DNA of 64,000 nucleotides, from contig CM059432.1 in the NCBI GenBank assembly GCA_030390025.1, positions 68,078,001 to 68,142,000 of the forward strand. The letters are read 5' to 3'. Made by a program: the position numbers and the translations under genes. Shown here piece after piece: positions 36,400 to 49,459 of the stretch (the stretch's first letter is position 1; each line of letters opens with the position of its first letter). The notes below the pieces were generated by a model. That model worked only from the letters and a program-made list of their open reading frames with translations, did no database searches and was not told where the DNA came from. The stretch comes from Squalus acanthias (taxonomy: Eukaryota).

Positions 36400-39330
36400 T
36401 TGGGTGAAGCTTGATCAAAAATGCAAACATTGCACTACCTTTACATGTATGAGCTGCTCTCCATGCTCCTGTGCAAACGGAGTGGTCTCTCAAATTGCAA
36501 GGTCCTCATCTGACTCCTCTATAGCAGAACTGGTATGTAACCTTGCTCCCTGGCAAGGTGGCACTTGTGGTGTCCCTTCCACCCTTCTGCCCATTAGTGC
36601 CCAGTGCATCCCACTGTGACAATGCCTCTTCTAAGCTAGGATCTAAGTTATGCATGATGCCGGTCTCTGAGCTGCTGCCTATGACAGTGGTAGCCATAGT
36701 TATATATGGAGTAGAATTTTGTGATTTGTGGTAATTTCTGGACTTAGAAGAGGCTGTTGGCTGTTGTTCTGGTGCACAAGGCTGATGGGACTGAGGTGGT
36801 CCTCCTCTCATGATAGATTAGTCCTCAGAAAGACCTACTATGGGTTAAATCTCTATGCATCTGTCTGGGAAGCCTGTTACATAGATCACTGAGGGCATAG
36901 GCCAGATGCCAGCCATGTGGTGTTGTTCTGAGAAATAGATGCCTCATGCAGGTTGACTCTAGCTGGCATCATTCTACTTTGCCCTGAGTGCTATGTATTG
37001 GTCTGATGGCAAATCTATTGGTTGCAATCAAATCCTCCAAGCCCTGAGGGACAGTGGCCTGTATCTCGGCCCAAGTGCCTGAACCCTGGATTGTAAGGTC
37101 TCCCAGTGCCTCCAAGACTGCAGTCTATGCATCAGTGAATCAGGAAACATTGACTGGTCCTGAACCACTTCTGAGGTAGGGACTGTTGCAGACTCCAGTG
37201 AAGCTGCCACAAGCTCCACTGATGTTTGCCACAAAGGAGAAGTTTCCTTAATGTTATCACAAATGAGGGCTGGAGACTGCAAAGCCACACTTGTCAGTTG
37301 CTGCACACCCTGGTAGATTAACCTCAAAGCCTGCACGTAAGTTTGACATTCCTCAAATATCCCCCTAGCCATGTGAAGGGAGGGACAGTTGTACTGTGTG
37401 CCACCTCTCTGGCCCCACAATTGCAGACCAATGTAGGAAACAGTTCAATGGCCTGACAAGAACAGGCAAGGTAAGGGAGATCCACTATCCCATTACTCCT
37501 TTGGGCACCATGGGAACCAACACACTGAGCACCATCTAATATTACTCGTCCTTCACACTGCACTGTGGTCTATTCTTCCTGACCCTTCATTGTGCAATAT
37601 GTGTTGCCATCTCATCTTACTTGTATGTAGTTGCTTAGAAACCTTTCATCTACTTTAACAGACATTTTACAGCAAATCTATAGCACCAGCTGTCTAATGC
37701 CAACTGGGAGACATCCTTCACATGCTACCCTTCATCGAATGCACGCAATATTATTTCAGGAGAAATGGACTCATAATGCCCGTGAAAGGCAGATGTTCAG
37801 AGGCTGCATTCCTAACATCAAAGAGCTAACCTCCCCACAAGAAGCTGTTGGGGAGACACTCAGCTCTAACCATGGGAGATGTCAAGATCAGTGAGGCTTT
37901 GCAGGTTGCAAATTTGTGGGTGCAGATCTTTGCATTCACCAGTTGCAGCCCTGTAGAGTAACAAGCCTGTTGGCAAAGCCTCACCTTTCACTTTATCCTC
38001 AATCTCTCTGGGTTCTGTTCACCCATTCTTTGCTTGTGCCCTCTTTCCCTGCAGATCCATCACAGCAACTGGGGGTAGAGAAAGATGACTTCGGGAATGA
38101 TAATGATGAAGAGGGAAGAAATGTTTTTCCCGTTGGTTATGATGATGATAAGGATGATGATGACAAGGAAGCAAGGAGTCCCTGGGTCAAGATCCTGCCT
38201 CGTGTTCCTCTGCCTCAACCCTCTCAATATCACCCTCTAAGTTACTGATTTCTCATACCCATACATCAGCTCAGATAACTTCATGAGGAGGATGTAGATA
38301 GTAAAAGTGGCACTGGGTGATTCACAGAACACAAGTTAGCCCAAGGAGGGGTGAGTGTGTGAGGATGTGGCAGTTCCTCATTGCAGGCTGTGGAGATAGC
38401 TGTCCTGGCTACAAAGTCATAGGACTCAGGTCTCAAGGATCCCTGTATGAGAAGTAGGTCTGCAGTTGTGGGGGCCTGAGAGGCGGCACTCACTATAATT
38501 GTCATCTCCCTCCACATAGCTCGTGAGACACTGTTTGGAGTTTTCTACCTTGAGAGCCCAGCAGACGCAACAATCCACTGAAGTTATGAGCCCTTTTTTT
38601 CTGTCCCCTAGTAAGTGGACTGTTCCACTCTTTGGGTCCCTCTGGTTGCTTAGTTCAAACCATTCTAAAATAAATTATAGAAATTCTCTGGCAAAGCATT
38701 TTTCCACAAAATCTGATTTGGCAATCCAGGCTGTTACAGTTATCAGTCCTCTCCTACTGGTCCCCCAGTCTGCTGCTGCTTTTCTACTCGCGGAATGCTT
38801 TTAAAGGCAGCTGCCGGAACCCATCGCCACCCCAACTAGCACGGTACACCCATTTTACAATGTCAATGAGGATTCAAGTGAGCTGACCCCTCAAACAGAA
38901 ATGCCATGCATTGGTGGGCAAAAGAGCCACCTCTGGTGCATGACGTCATAAATGGTCTAGTAGGTTTTCAGGCCCCACATCTCTGTAGTGGTCTCCCAAA
39001 ATATTTGATATTATAGGGGCCATTTTACAAATCCACACTCCTGGTGTGGAACCTTATCTGCCAGGAGTCCATTTGGAAATTTGAGCACCTTGCTCCCCCA
39101 ATGAATGATTTTGTAAAATTTCTCCTTAAATTCAAACTACAATTGTAAAATTGCTGGGGAGGGGGAGAATTTCTGCAAGGGTTCTTCTGCTTGTGTGCTG
39201 TAACTTTGGTGGAAAAGTTGCGGAAACCCTGGAAACATGACGTCAATGGCATTTACGTCACCTTTCTGGGGTTTCCACAGTTCCATGGAAATTCACCACC
39301 CCACCCCACCCCTCCCCCCCCCATGTCTAA
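36400..39330. mobile_element. Heavily decayed Harbinger partner-gene remnants
   Basis: EKWTHNARERQMFRGCIPNIKELT resembles exon 2 of the 40311 element. Confidence 0.45.
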
Positions 39331-40651
39331 ATTTACACATGAATGGTTTGAATGTTGTTTATTTTGCTGTTGCTCCTGTGATTCGAGATCACCGTGACTT
39401 ACATCGTCTTTCACCCATCAGAACTTACGATATTTGGTGAAATAGATAAGACATGGACAGAGAGCAGAGCAAAATGGAAAATGAAGTATTGTTTTCATTT
39501 CTGCTTTCCTAGCTGTTTCCCCCTAAATAATCACTGCTGTTCCTGTGCATGCTTCCTTTATAGAATGAGAACTCTGAGGAACTGAGTGGATTACAATTCT
39601 GTTCTTTTATCTATCGGATCATTGAAATAATGAAGGGTTAAAGCCCTCTTTCTGATAGCTGTAAAAATTCTCAGTGAAATGAGATGGGGCTTTCTCAATG
39701 TTCCACGTAAAACTACTGCTAATTAGCACTAAAGTGTCAGAATCATATAAAGATGCAAGGAAGTCTGGCGTGAGAAATGAAAATGTCATGGTGATGTAGA
39801 TGGAGGGTCGAAAAGAAAAACTGATTATAATTAACTAGTATAAAAGTATCTAACAACAATATTCTTCTCATCCAATCATCTAAAATCCCTGCTGCTACCA
39901 GATGGTTTCCTTTAAAAAAAATGCTTTAATAATTTTTCTGTAACTGGTGTCTTTTACATAGTTTTTCTGTTTCCCTTTTCTTCCTGCTATTGATTCATTC
40001 CTCAAATTGTTTTTAAATCTTGCCTTTCCTTTCAGGTTTCTCACCACCTCTTTATTATATTTAATATTTCATTCATTCTTTTTCCTCCTTTCTTTGCTGC
40101 TGTGCAACAAAAATGCAGCCAACAGTGGAGTACAATCAGTGGAGACGCCAGCAAAAGTCCTGCAATCATGTTGTGATAAGTCTCTTCCATCACCATGGAA
40201 ATAGTGGAACCAGTTAAGCTCCATAATAACAGAAATGAAGATACCAGTGCATACACAGACTAATCTAGATTTTTTTTATTAGTTATGCCTGATTTTTGGG
40301 CATAACACTAGGGGGGAAAGATTGGGTATCGCCCATTTTGGGGCGCTAATATCGGCCGGTCGCAAAATTTAGCGCCCGGCACTAATTTTCGCCGCCGACA
40401 GCGAAATTCGTCTCCAGCGCCCCTGGAGGTGATTAGAGCGCTAAATCAAGCGCTCCACACTTCTCTTAGGGCGCTAATGTCAGGGAGCGAGGTGCTACCT
40501 CAGAGCGCTACTCAATTATCTTGTACTCAGACAGACTGGCGCCGTCCAGTTCTTAAAGGGGAGGGTCCATCTTGCTGCACAGCCACACCCTGCTCATTGC
40601 AGCGTTTGACCTCGGCCTGCAAACGCCTACAGATATTCCTCAAACAATTGT

Positions 40652-42500
40652 GATGGATACTCACAGGTCCAGGGAGAGAGCTCAGTGCTTTAGCGACCAT
40701 GCATTGGTGGCTCTGGTTGGCGTTGTTGAACGGCGACGGGCAGTGCACTTTTCAGAGCCTGGCAGGAGGCCATTGGCCGCGAGTTTAGAAGAGTCTGGAG
40801 GGAGGTAGCCCAGCATTTGTCATCGCAGAGCCTGGTGCAAAGGACACATACACAGTGTCGTAAAAAGTTCAACGACCTCACTTGGGTGGTCAGGGTGAGT
40901 ACCTGCTTTTCAATACCTCTACATCCCACCATCTCAACTTCACTCTGTGCACAGATGGTCTAAATACCCAAATGCCCAACACTCATCCAAGACCTATGGC
41001 CATCTCATAAAACACACACGCACATCCCACACCTTGCACACATTAACGGCTATTCAACTATGGTAGGCACATCTGCCAAACACTTGGCTGCACACTCACA
41101 TGCTGTCCTTTTTCTTGCAGGCCAAGCTTTCATATAACTGCCGAGAGACCCAGCGGATGGGAGGAGGACAGGCAGAGCTGCACCCCCTCACAGAATTGGA
41201 GGATAGAGTCCACAGACTCATTGAGAGCCAGGTAGTAGACGCTGTGGCCGTTGGAGAGGTCGACTCCCTTGGGGACAGCAATGGTATATTCATCAGCTTT
41301 CTCTCCTCTCTCATACTACTTCCCCCTCACAACATCAGCCTTTTACACTTTCAATCCAACTAACTGTCTCCAGTCCTTGCTCCCTTCCTGCCCCCCTCCC
41401 CTCACGTTAAAGCCACTCTTGTATCTTCCTGCTTTCAGATAGTGAACCACCAGCTGACCAGCCTGTCCCTCAGCCTGCCAGTGGCAGCGACGTGCCAGAC
41501 GAGGAGGAAGAGGAAGTCGCAGCCTCACCGCCTTCGTCTCCCGAGGGTGACACATCAGACACTGGGGCCAAGCGTTCCCTGGAGGGGAGCAGGGGGATTG
41601 CATCTGATGTGGGTGAAGCTCCGGGACCCAGCAGGCTGCAGCAACACCATAGGGGAAGGGAAGCTTGGGGGCCATCTCCCCAGAGGGTGAGTGTGCGCAC
41701 GAGTTCTGCTGCACAGGACTCGGATGAGGACCTCGATATAGCGGCGATGAATACTCAGGCAATGAACATGCATACGGAGCTCATGGGTGCAATGGCAAGG
41801 GTGCCCGACAGCATGATGCAATGGCTAGGAGCGTGGAGGAGTCCACCGCCAGCACAGCTGTAATCTGTGCGCAAACCCTTGAACCCATCCTTGCCTCGTT
41901 GCAGAGGATGGTTGAATTGCTGAGAGACCGTGGGGACCCAGACCTCATGCCGCATCTAATGGGTGAGGTGGCAGCATCTATTGCAGCACAGGCCAAAGCA
42001 ATGCAATGGCTTAGTGCTGCAATCGAGTCATTGGCTGGTGCCATCCAGTGTCAGACTGCTCTCATGCAGTCTCAGATTGATGCCACGCAAGCACTGACTG
42101 CTGCCATCCTCGTTGGGTCGCCCACAGTCCACCGGGGATCTCACGGTGCCGCAGCAGGCCAGCAATCTGTGCTTCAGCAGATTGCTCAGGATGCTGAGGT
42201 TCTGCCCCGGGGAAGTGGCAGTGTGTCGGTCGAGCAGGAAGGTGCTGTCCTCTCTCAGGATGACAGCATTCCTGCTCCCACCACTGCCACTTTGCCATTG
42301 CGCTTGCCACAGCCTGTAACCCAGCCAGCCCAGACTGCTGCCACCCATGCAGAGTTGGTGCAGTCTGCAGCCGGGCCCTCCAGGCCCAGAGCTGGTTGAG
42401 GGTGTCCTTCAAAGCCATCTGCAGTCTCTGGATCCAGCATTCAGCAGACGTCCGCCAGCCTTGCTGCAGCCACTGGGGCCACATTACGGAGGAGCAGTAG
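40652..42500 (+). pseudogene. Harbinger Myb/SANT-like gene, 3 exons (~40652-40893, 41121-41283, 41439-~42500), frameshifted
   Basis: RERAQCFSDHAL..VWREVAQ..QCRKKFNDL|GTGAGT; acceptors TTGCAG and TTTCAG. Confidence 0.8.
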
Positions 42501-42615
42501 GGTAGGAAGGGGGGAAGTGTGCAGGGGATGGAGATCACCCTCGAAGGCCGAAAAGTAAAAATTATGCACTAAATGGGGGGAATGTTGGTGGTAAAGTTTG
42601 ATGTTCATCTTAATA

Positions 42616-43995
42616 GAAACATAGAAACAGAAAAATAGGAGCAGGAGTAGGCCATTCGGCCCTTCGAGCCTGCTCCGCCATTCAATATGATCATGGCTGA
42701 TCCTCTATCTCAATACCATATTCCCGCTCTCTCCCCATACCCCTTGATGCCTTTTGTGTCTAGAAATCTATCTATCTCCTTCTTAAATATATTCAGTGAC
42801 TTGACCTCCACAGCCTTCTGTGGTAGAGAATTCCACAGGTTCACCACACTCTGAGTGAAGAAATTTCTCCTCATCTCAGTCCTAAATGTCCTACCCCGTA
42901 TCCTGAGACTGTGACCCCTCGTTCTAGACCCCCCAGCCAGGGGAAACATCCTCCCTGCATCCAGTCTGTCTAGCCCTGTCAGAATTTTAAACGTTTCAAT
43001 GAGATCCCCTCTCATTCTTCTAAACTCTAGTGAATACAGGCCTAGTCGACCCAATCTCATACGACAGTCCTGCCATCCCAGGAATCAGTCTGGTGAACCT
43101 TCGCTGCACTCCCTCTATGGCAAGTATATCCTTTCTTAGGTAAGGAGACCAAAACTGCACACAGTACTCCAGGTGTGGTCTCACCAAGGCCCTGTACAAC
43201 TGTAGTAAGACATCCTTGCTCCTGTACTCAAATCCTCTTGCAATGAAGGCCAATATACTATTTGCCTTCCTAACTGCTTGCTGCACCTGCATGTTTGCCT
43301 TCAGTGACTGGTGTACAAGGACACGCAGATCCCTTTGTACATCAACATTTCCCAATCTATCACCATTTAAATAATACTCTGCCTTTCTGTTTTTCCTACT
43401 GAAGTGGATAACTTCACATTATACTGCATCTGCCATGTATTTGCCCACTCACTCAACTTGTCTAAACCGCCTTGAAGCCTCTTTGCATCCTCCTCACAAC
43501 TCACAATCCCACCTAGTTTCGTGTCGTCAGCAAACTTGGAAATATTACATTTGGTTCCCTCATCCAAATCATTGATATATATTGTGAATAACTGGGGCCC
43601 AAGCACTGATCCCTGCGTTACCCCACTAGTCACCACCTGCCACCCCAAAAAAGACCCATTTATTTCTACTCTCTGTTTCCTGTCTGTTAACCAATTTTCA
43701 ATCCATGCCAGTATATTACCCCCAATCCCACGTGCTTTAATTTTTCACACTTACCTCTTATGTGGGACTTTATCAAAGGCCTTCTGAAAATCCAAATACA
43801 CCACATCCACTGGTTCTCCCTTATCTATTCTACCAGTTACATCCTCAAAAAACTCCAGTAGGTTTGTCAAACACGATTTCCCTTTCATAAATCCATGTTG
43901 ACTTTGTCTAATCCCGTTGATATTTTCTAAATGTCCTGTTATCACATCCTTTATAATAGACTCTAGCATTTTCCCTACTACTGATGTTAGGCTAA
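42616..43995 (-). mobile_element. 5'-truncated CR1 inserted in the Harbinger intergenic region
   Basis: RT ORF pieces, tail at ~42616, candidate TSD TAATA. Confidence 0.9.
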
Positions 43996-44229
43996 TATAT
44001 TTGTTTACTGTGTTGACGCTTATCTCGATGTTGTAAGAATGAGTTTTGTTAGTTTAGGAATTGTTGTGTTTGTTTCTAATTGTTTGTCCTGAATAACTAA
44101 GACACAGTTTGTCATATAAATAAAAATTTTATTGGAACTTTACAACTTTGCTCATTTGACTCATTGGAGCTTTGCCCGGCAATAGGGGCTGCGGATGCTT
44201 GCGATGATGTACTTCTTCATCCCAGAAGC

Positions 44230-45398
44230 TATCTTCTCTGTCATTCTTCAGAATGTCTTATCAGGAATTCATGGACGGCCCTTGCAGAGGCAACATTGAG
44301 TGCCTCCCTCCCACGTTGCTGCTGCTCATCCTCTTTATTCTCCTCCTCCTCCTCCTCTCCCTCTTCCTCCTCCTGAGGTGGTGCACCAATCCCTCGTGGC
44401 AATGGCTGGGTCCTCATAATTGTGAGGTTGTGAAGCATGCGGCACACAACAATGAAAAGTGAGACTCGCTCGGGAGAGTACTGTAGAGCTCCTCCAGAGT
44501 GGTCAAACACCGGAACTGTTGCTTCAGCACGCCGATCGTCTGCTCAATGAGGTTCCTAGTGGCGCTATGGCTCTCATTGTATGCAAGCTCAGCAGGAGTG
44601 TTGGGGTTACAAAATGGTGTCATCAGCCAGGTGCAGAGTGGATAACCCTTGTCCCCGAGGAACCAGCCACGAGGGTGATACGGTGGTTGGAACAGGTTTG
44701 GGACACCAGTCTGGCACAGGATGAATGATTCGTGGCTGCTGCCAGGATAGCGGGCATTGATGGCGAGGATGCGCTGTCTGTGGTCGCAAACCAACTGGAC
44801 GTTCAGAGAGTGGAAGCCCTTGCAGTTGCGGAAAACCTCTGCGTTTTCATGAGGTGCCCGCAATGCCACATGTCAATGGTGCCCTGAACCATGGGGAAGC
44901 CTGCTACCCTAGCGAAGCCACATGCGCGTTCACGCTGTTTATCTCGGGTCATGGGGAAAGAGATGTACTCTCTTGACCTTTTATACAAAGCATTTGTGAC
45001 CTCCAGATGCAGCAATGGACAGCGAACTGGGAGATATTCTCTATGTCCCCAGTTGAAGCCTGGAAGGAGCTGCTGGCATAGAAATTCAGAGCCACTGTCA
45101 CCTTCATTGCCACTGACAGAGACGTCCTGATCCTGAGCTGAGGCTGCAGATCTGGTTGCAGGAGGTGGCAGAGCTCAGTGACCACCTCCTTGCTGAAGCG
45201 CAGCCTTCGGAAACACTGCTCCTCAGCCATATAGATATATGAGAATTGCTCCCGGACTACCCTGGGAGGGTAGGGTCTCCTGTGCAGAGGCCTGTTGGCC
45301 CTCCTCCCTCTGGCCACGTTTGCCACTCTCTCTCTGCGCCTCTGCTGCCTCCGAAGGTGCAGCTGGAGGACGACGCCCCGAGTTAGTATAGCCCCCAT
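44230..45398 (-). pseudogene. Harbinger DDE transposase (HARBI1-like), frameshifted
   Basis: FRRLRFSKE; GFPMVQGTID; NCKGFHSLNVQLVCD; YPGSSHES; LGDKGYP; IEQTIGVLKQQFRCL. Confidence 0.92.
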
Positions 45399-46099
45399 TT
45401 AATCTTCTAAATGTGGTAAATATGAAGTTTAGAGAAATAGGAACCTGAAAAATGTTGCTCAGGACCAAAAGTCCTTGTCGGACAGCGTTAAATCTCTCCA
45501 GACGTCTCTCTCTCAACCCGTGTATACCAAAAATTTTGCCGACTAGAAAAAGCAGGAAGTGCACGCCTTTAAATAGCGCTCCCCTAGCTCCTTGCCGACT
45601 GCAAAATTTCCCCCTCTACCTGTCGTTCCTAGCGTTAGGCACTAAGGCAGGGGGCGAGAATCAATTTCCGGTTCCGGGTGCTACCGGGGCGTTGCATGCG
45701 TGGATGACATCACGATCTCCAGGCGCAGGAGATCGTGGCGGTAGTGTTTAGCACCACCGCAAAACGCCAGGTCAATTTCGCGAGCGGCGCAGAAATCACT
45801 GTGCTCGGGCGCTAAGTTGCTAGCGCCCCATTAGCGCCCCAGGAGGCGTTAACGGGAGGCGTTAACCAACCCAATTTTCCCCCCATGATCTCTACCCATT
45901 TAGTATGTCGCACACATTCTAAGTTGTGGTATGAAATTCCAATGATACCATTTAGATACAAATGCTATTTTCCATTGTTTCTATCAATACAGCACTGTTT
46001 AATTTTCCCACCCACAACAAATGGGTATCCAGGTTTGCTAGACATAGACACCCTTAAGGCCTATGTGCTCCCTTGCATAATGTCACTACCTACAGTAAC

Positions 46100-46600
46100 T
46101 GAAAAGAATTCCAGTCTCTGAATACTCAGTTTGTTTACACCAGCTGCACAAGATTATTCAAGTCACTGCGTGATTCCCAGGCAGCTGCCACAATGCCTTC
46201 ATTTTAGATTGTCCACTCTACCATCAATATATGACTCACCAGCATTTACCAGCATGTCTCCTGGGTAATCAAGGCTACGCTAGGTAGTCATGGCTCATAA
46301 TATCTTTTTGGTATTTCAGAACATGAGCTGAACATGGGTATAATGAGGAGTATGCATCCACCAGGGTATTCATCAAGCACACCACTGGCATTTTGAAGCA
46401 GCACTTCTGGATAGATCTGTGAGCATCCTGCAATACATCCCAGCTAAGGTTTCAAGGATCGTGATAGTATAATGCTTGCTGTACAATTTCACCCTGCAAA
46501 GAGGTAAGCATCATGGAGGGCCTAGAAGAGAAAATCTCCCAAGCGTGTTAAGTGGACCATGAAACAAAGCAGGAGGAACTTGTGGAGGCTACAGAGCAAA
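46100..46600 (+). pseudogene. Old Harbinger transposase remnant
   Basis: LLGNQGY..YNEEYASTRVFIKHTTGILKQ. Confidence 0.6.
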
Positions 46601-49459
46601 ACCTGATGCTGATTTCAGGAGCCATTATGTAGGCTCTGAAACAGCAAACCTTGGCCAGGATTTTCCTCCCAGCGGCAGTGTTCTGCCAGGGCATGAATTC
46701 TACCTATTCATCAGCCTTAAACGGTGAATTCTTGATCTCCTGCCGTAAGATTGGTAGAAATTCTGAGAGAACCCCCATGGAAATTGTACCCAAGATCTTT
46801 AATCTCAACCCATGTTATGTGCTTGTGTGCCTACTGTTTGCTTCAATGGGTGCTTCTCATTGGTGGCAGTGCATTACATATGTGCTTTTAAACTTAGCCT
46901 TGTATTTTGTCTAAATGTTGCTTGATTGACAGGAGTACATGAGGTGGTTAGCTGTTCTGTAGCATAGGGAGCTCTTGGGATTGAAGTAACCTATGCTTCT
47001 CAGCAACTGATCTCTGAGGTGGACCGGCTGCTCGCTCCACCAATTTTGCAACTTTATTGGCAGCGTGCACACTTTCTGACACCTGCAGCCATCAGAGGGG
47101 GCTGTTAGGGGTACAGGTGTGTTGCCATCTTGAAAGACAGTACCATCATCCATTCCCATTCCTAATGTGTTCTGCTGCTAGACCCTGCCTCACAATGGCC
47201 ACTGATTGGTGTGAGGACAGAACTAAAGGCACCAATGGTACCAGTGAAATCCTGCTACGTGGCTCTCTCTAGCCAGTCCCCAAGAATGTCAAAATTAGAT
47301 GAAGTTCTTATTCCACTCTGGGACACCAGGCCCATGGCAGCAATCTGTGCCTGCGAGAAACACTAGCTGGCTTCAGAGCCTCTGGCATGACATGCTTGGC
47401 TGCAGATATCACTGCAGTTGCCATATGCTCGTTAGTGGACTGCAAAACAATCATGTAAGGTTGTGAACCTGCCACTAGTGGACTCCTCCTCGCAAGCTGT
47501 TATCTGCTTATTCAACTGTAAACAGAATGTAGTCTTTTGCACCAAACATTTTTGTCTCATTTCACATGTGACATGTATAAATTTAGATGGGTGCGAGTTT
47601 AGCCTCATCCATAGTTTATGCTCTTGTTTAAATTACAAGCTAAACCAGATTCTGTCTCATGTGAAACGTTAGAAAAAGTATAATACTGCAGATGCTGAAA
47701 ATCAAAAACAAAATCAGAAAATGCTGGAAATGCTCAGCGGGTCAGGGAGCATTTGTGGAAAAACAGAAGTCAGTCAGTCGACATTTCAGATCTAAGACCC
47801 TTCCTCAGTACTGCGTGCAGAAATTATTTCCCAGAAACCTTAAGATGGCCAACAGGCAGCAGCATATCTGGACTGATATAATGCTGTTTGTTCTTGGCCT
47901 TCAGACTGGTTGACATGTTAATCAAACCAGGAAGGTCATATTTCAGAGGTGCAAACGATACCCAGACCTCACGATCCCTGATCCGATCCGACCCACTTAC
48001 CTGAGGGCTGCTGGGTCGCTAACACTGGCCCAGTTTTTCGGTACTTTTCGCTCTGAGACCGCACTGGCTTCATTATAATGAGGCCCGAGGCAAAATAGCT
48101 AGGGAGCCTCAGGCCTCGCCATTCAAGTGCAGGGAACGAACCCTGGGGGGTTATTTTGGTAAAAGGGTGAAAACAGGTGCGAATGGGTGCTATGCTAATT
48201 AGACACACCTGTTTGAAAGTCTGGATTTAGCACACAATTTTGGTCCTAATTGCTGATTACCATAATTTGAATTTGCCTGGCTAAAACAGAGACACCTGCA
48301 GGTATAGCACGCAAGCACTGGTTTGATGCAATTTTCATGGAGCAGTATATGTGGGCTCCTCTGGTTCAGGGACCGAGTGAGAGGGCGCATAGGTTCTCGG
48401 ACATGGCACTGGACGCCCAGAGGAGGGGGGATGTCCTGTACCCATGGGGGGAAGGAGTCCACCTCACCCTCTTGTCCCTTTCTCCTGCAGCAGCAGGTGC
48501 TGCTCTGCCTGGCCTCATGTCCTCCTCCCCTTCCTCCTGCAGACCAAGGCGAACCCCTAGCAAGATGCTGGTGACCAAGCACTCCCTTTCTCCTGGTGAC
48601 TCCTATTAGGTGTCTAATCCTACATTACAACAGTGACTCCACTTCAAAAGTACTTCATTGGCTGTAAGGCGCTTTGAGAGGTCCGGTGGTTGTGAAAGGC
48701 GCTATATAAATGCAAGTCTTTCTTTCTTTTCTTTCTAATCAGGTAGAGTAGCACAGCACTTATTTTTTTTAGGTGAAGTCCTCAGAGAATTTCTTGAATA
48801 AATGTTGATAGAGTGTTGGTGAAGTCTTGACAAACTGTCCCAGAAAGTCTCCCGATGTGTTTCAAAAGTCCTCTTCAAACCTCCAGCAGCAAGTGAACAG
48901 TAAAAGGTGATATACCTTTAAGTAGCGCTCGAAATCCTCAGCAACGACTAGTCTCAAGCATGTGGTGGTAACTCCTTGGCAGGCAGTCAATACCCCCAAC
49001 AACTATTAGTGCTTGTCAAAGAGTCTGTTTTTATAGGCTGGGCCTCTGAGGTCTGCATCTCGATCCTCTATAGCAAAGCTTGAACCTTGGTTTGCTCTCC
49101 TGCAAGTCATGCCTTGGGCTTCCCTTTCCACTGCCTCCTGCTAACAAGTGCTGTGCAAATCCTTTCTTGCATCCCTCTCTACCTCACTATCTATCCCAAC
49201 TGATATCTGAGCTCGTGCTTGGAAAAGCGAGTGACAGTGCTTCTTTGGAGGGTTCTCCCTCTAAGGTTTTGCTTCATCTTCCGAAGGATAAAGGAAAACC
49301 TAGCGAAGGGACAAGAATAACAATGGAGTTAACAGTTAACAAAGCAGTAAATGAATGTCAGGGCTAGAAAGCACCAATGTGTCACACAGTGAGAGGAAAC
49401 AGAGATTGCAGTAATAAAGGCAGACAGTCTGCTGTGGGCTTGTACCAGCCTATCTCCAA

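Larger units (their letters stand above)
40311..45884. mobile_element. Near-complete PIF/Harbinger transposon (convergent Myb/SANT gene and DDE transposase)
   Basis: TIRs GGGGGGAAAGATTGGGT / ACCCAATTTTCCCCCC; TAGCGC subterminal arrays; TSD not clear. Confidence 0.9.

Noticed and set aside
44230..45398. Domesticated HARBI1 host gene
   Set aside because: Frameshifted and flanked by TIRs with a partner Myb gene
40308..45887. 3-bp TSD for the large Harbinger
   Set aside because: Flanks CTA and ATG do not match
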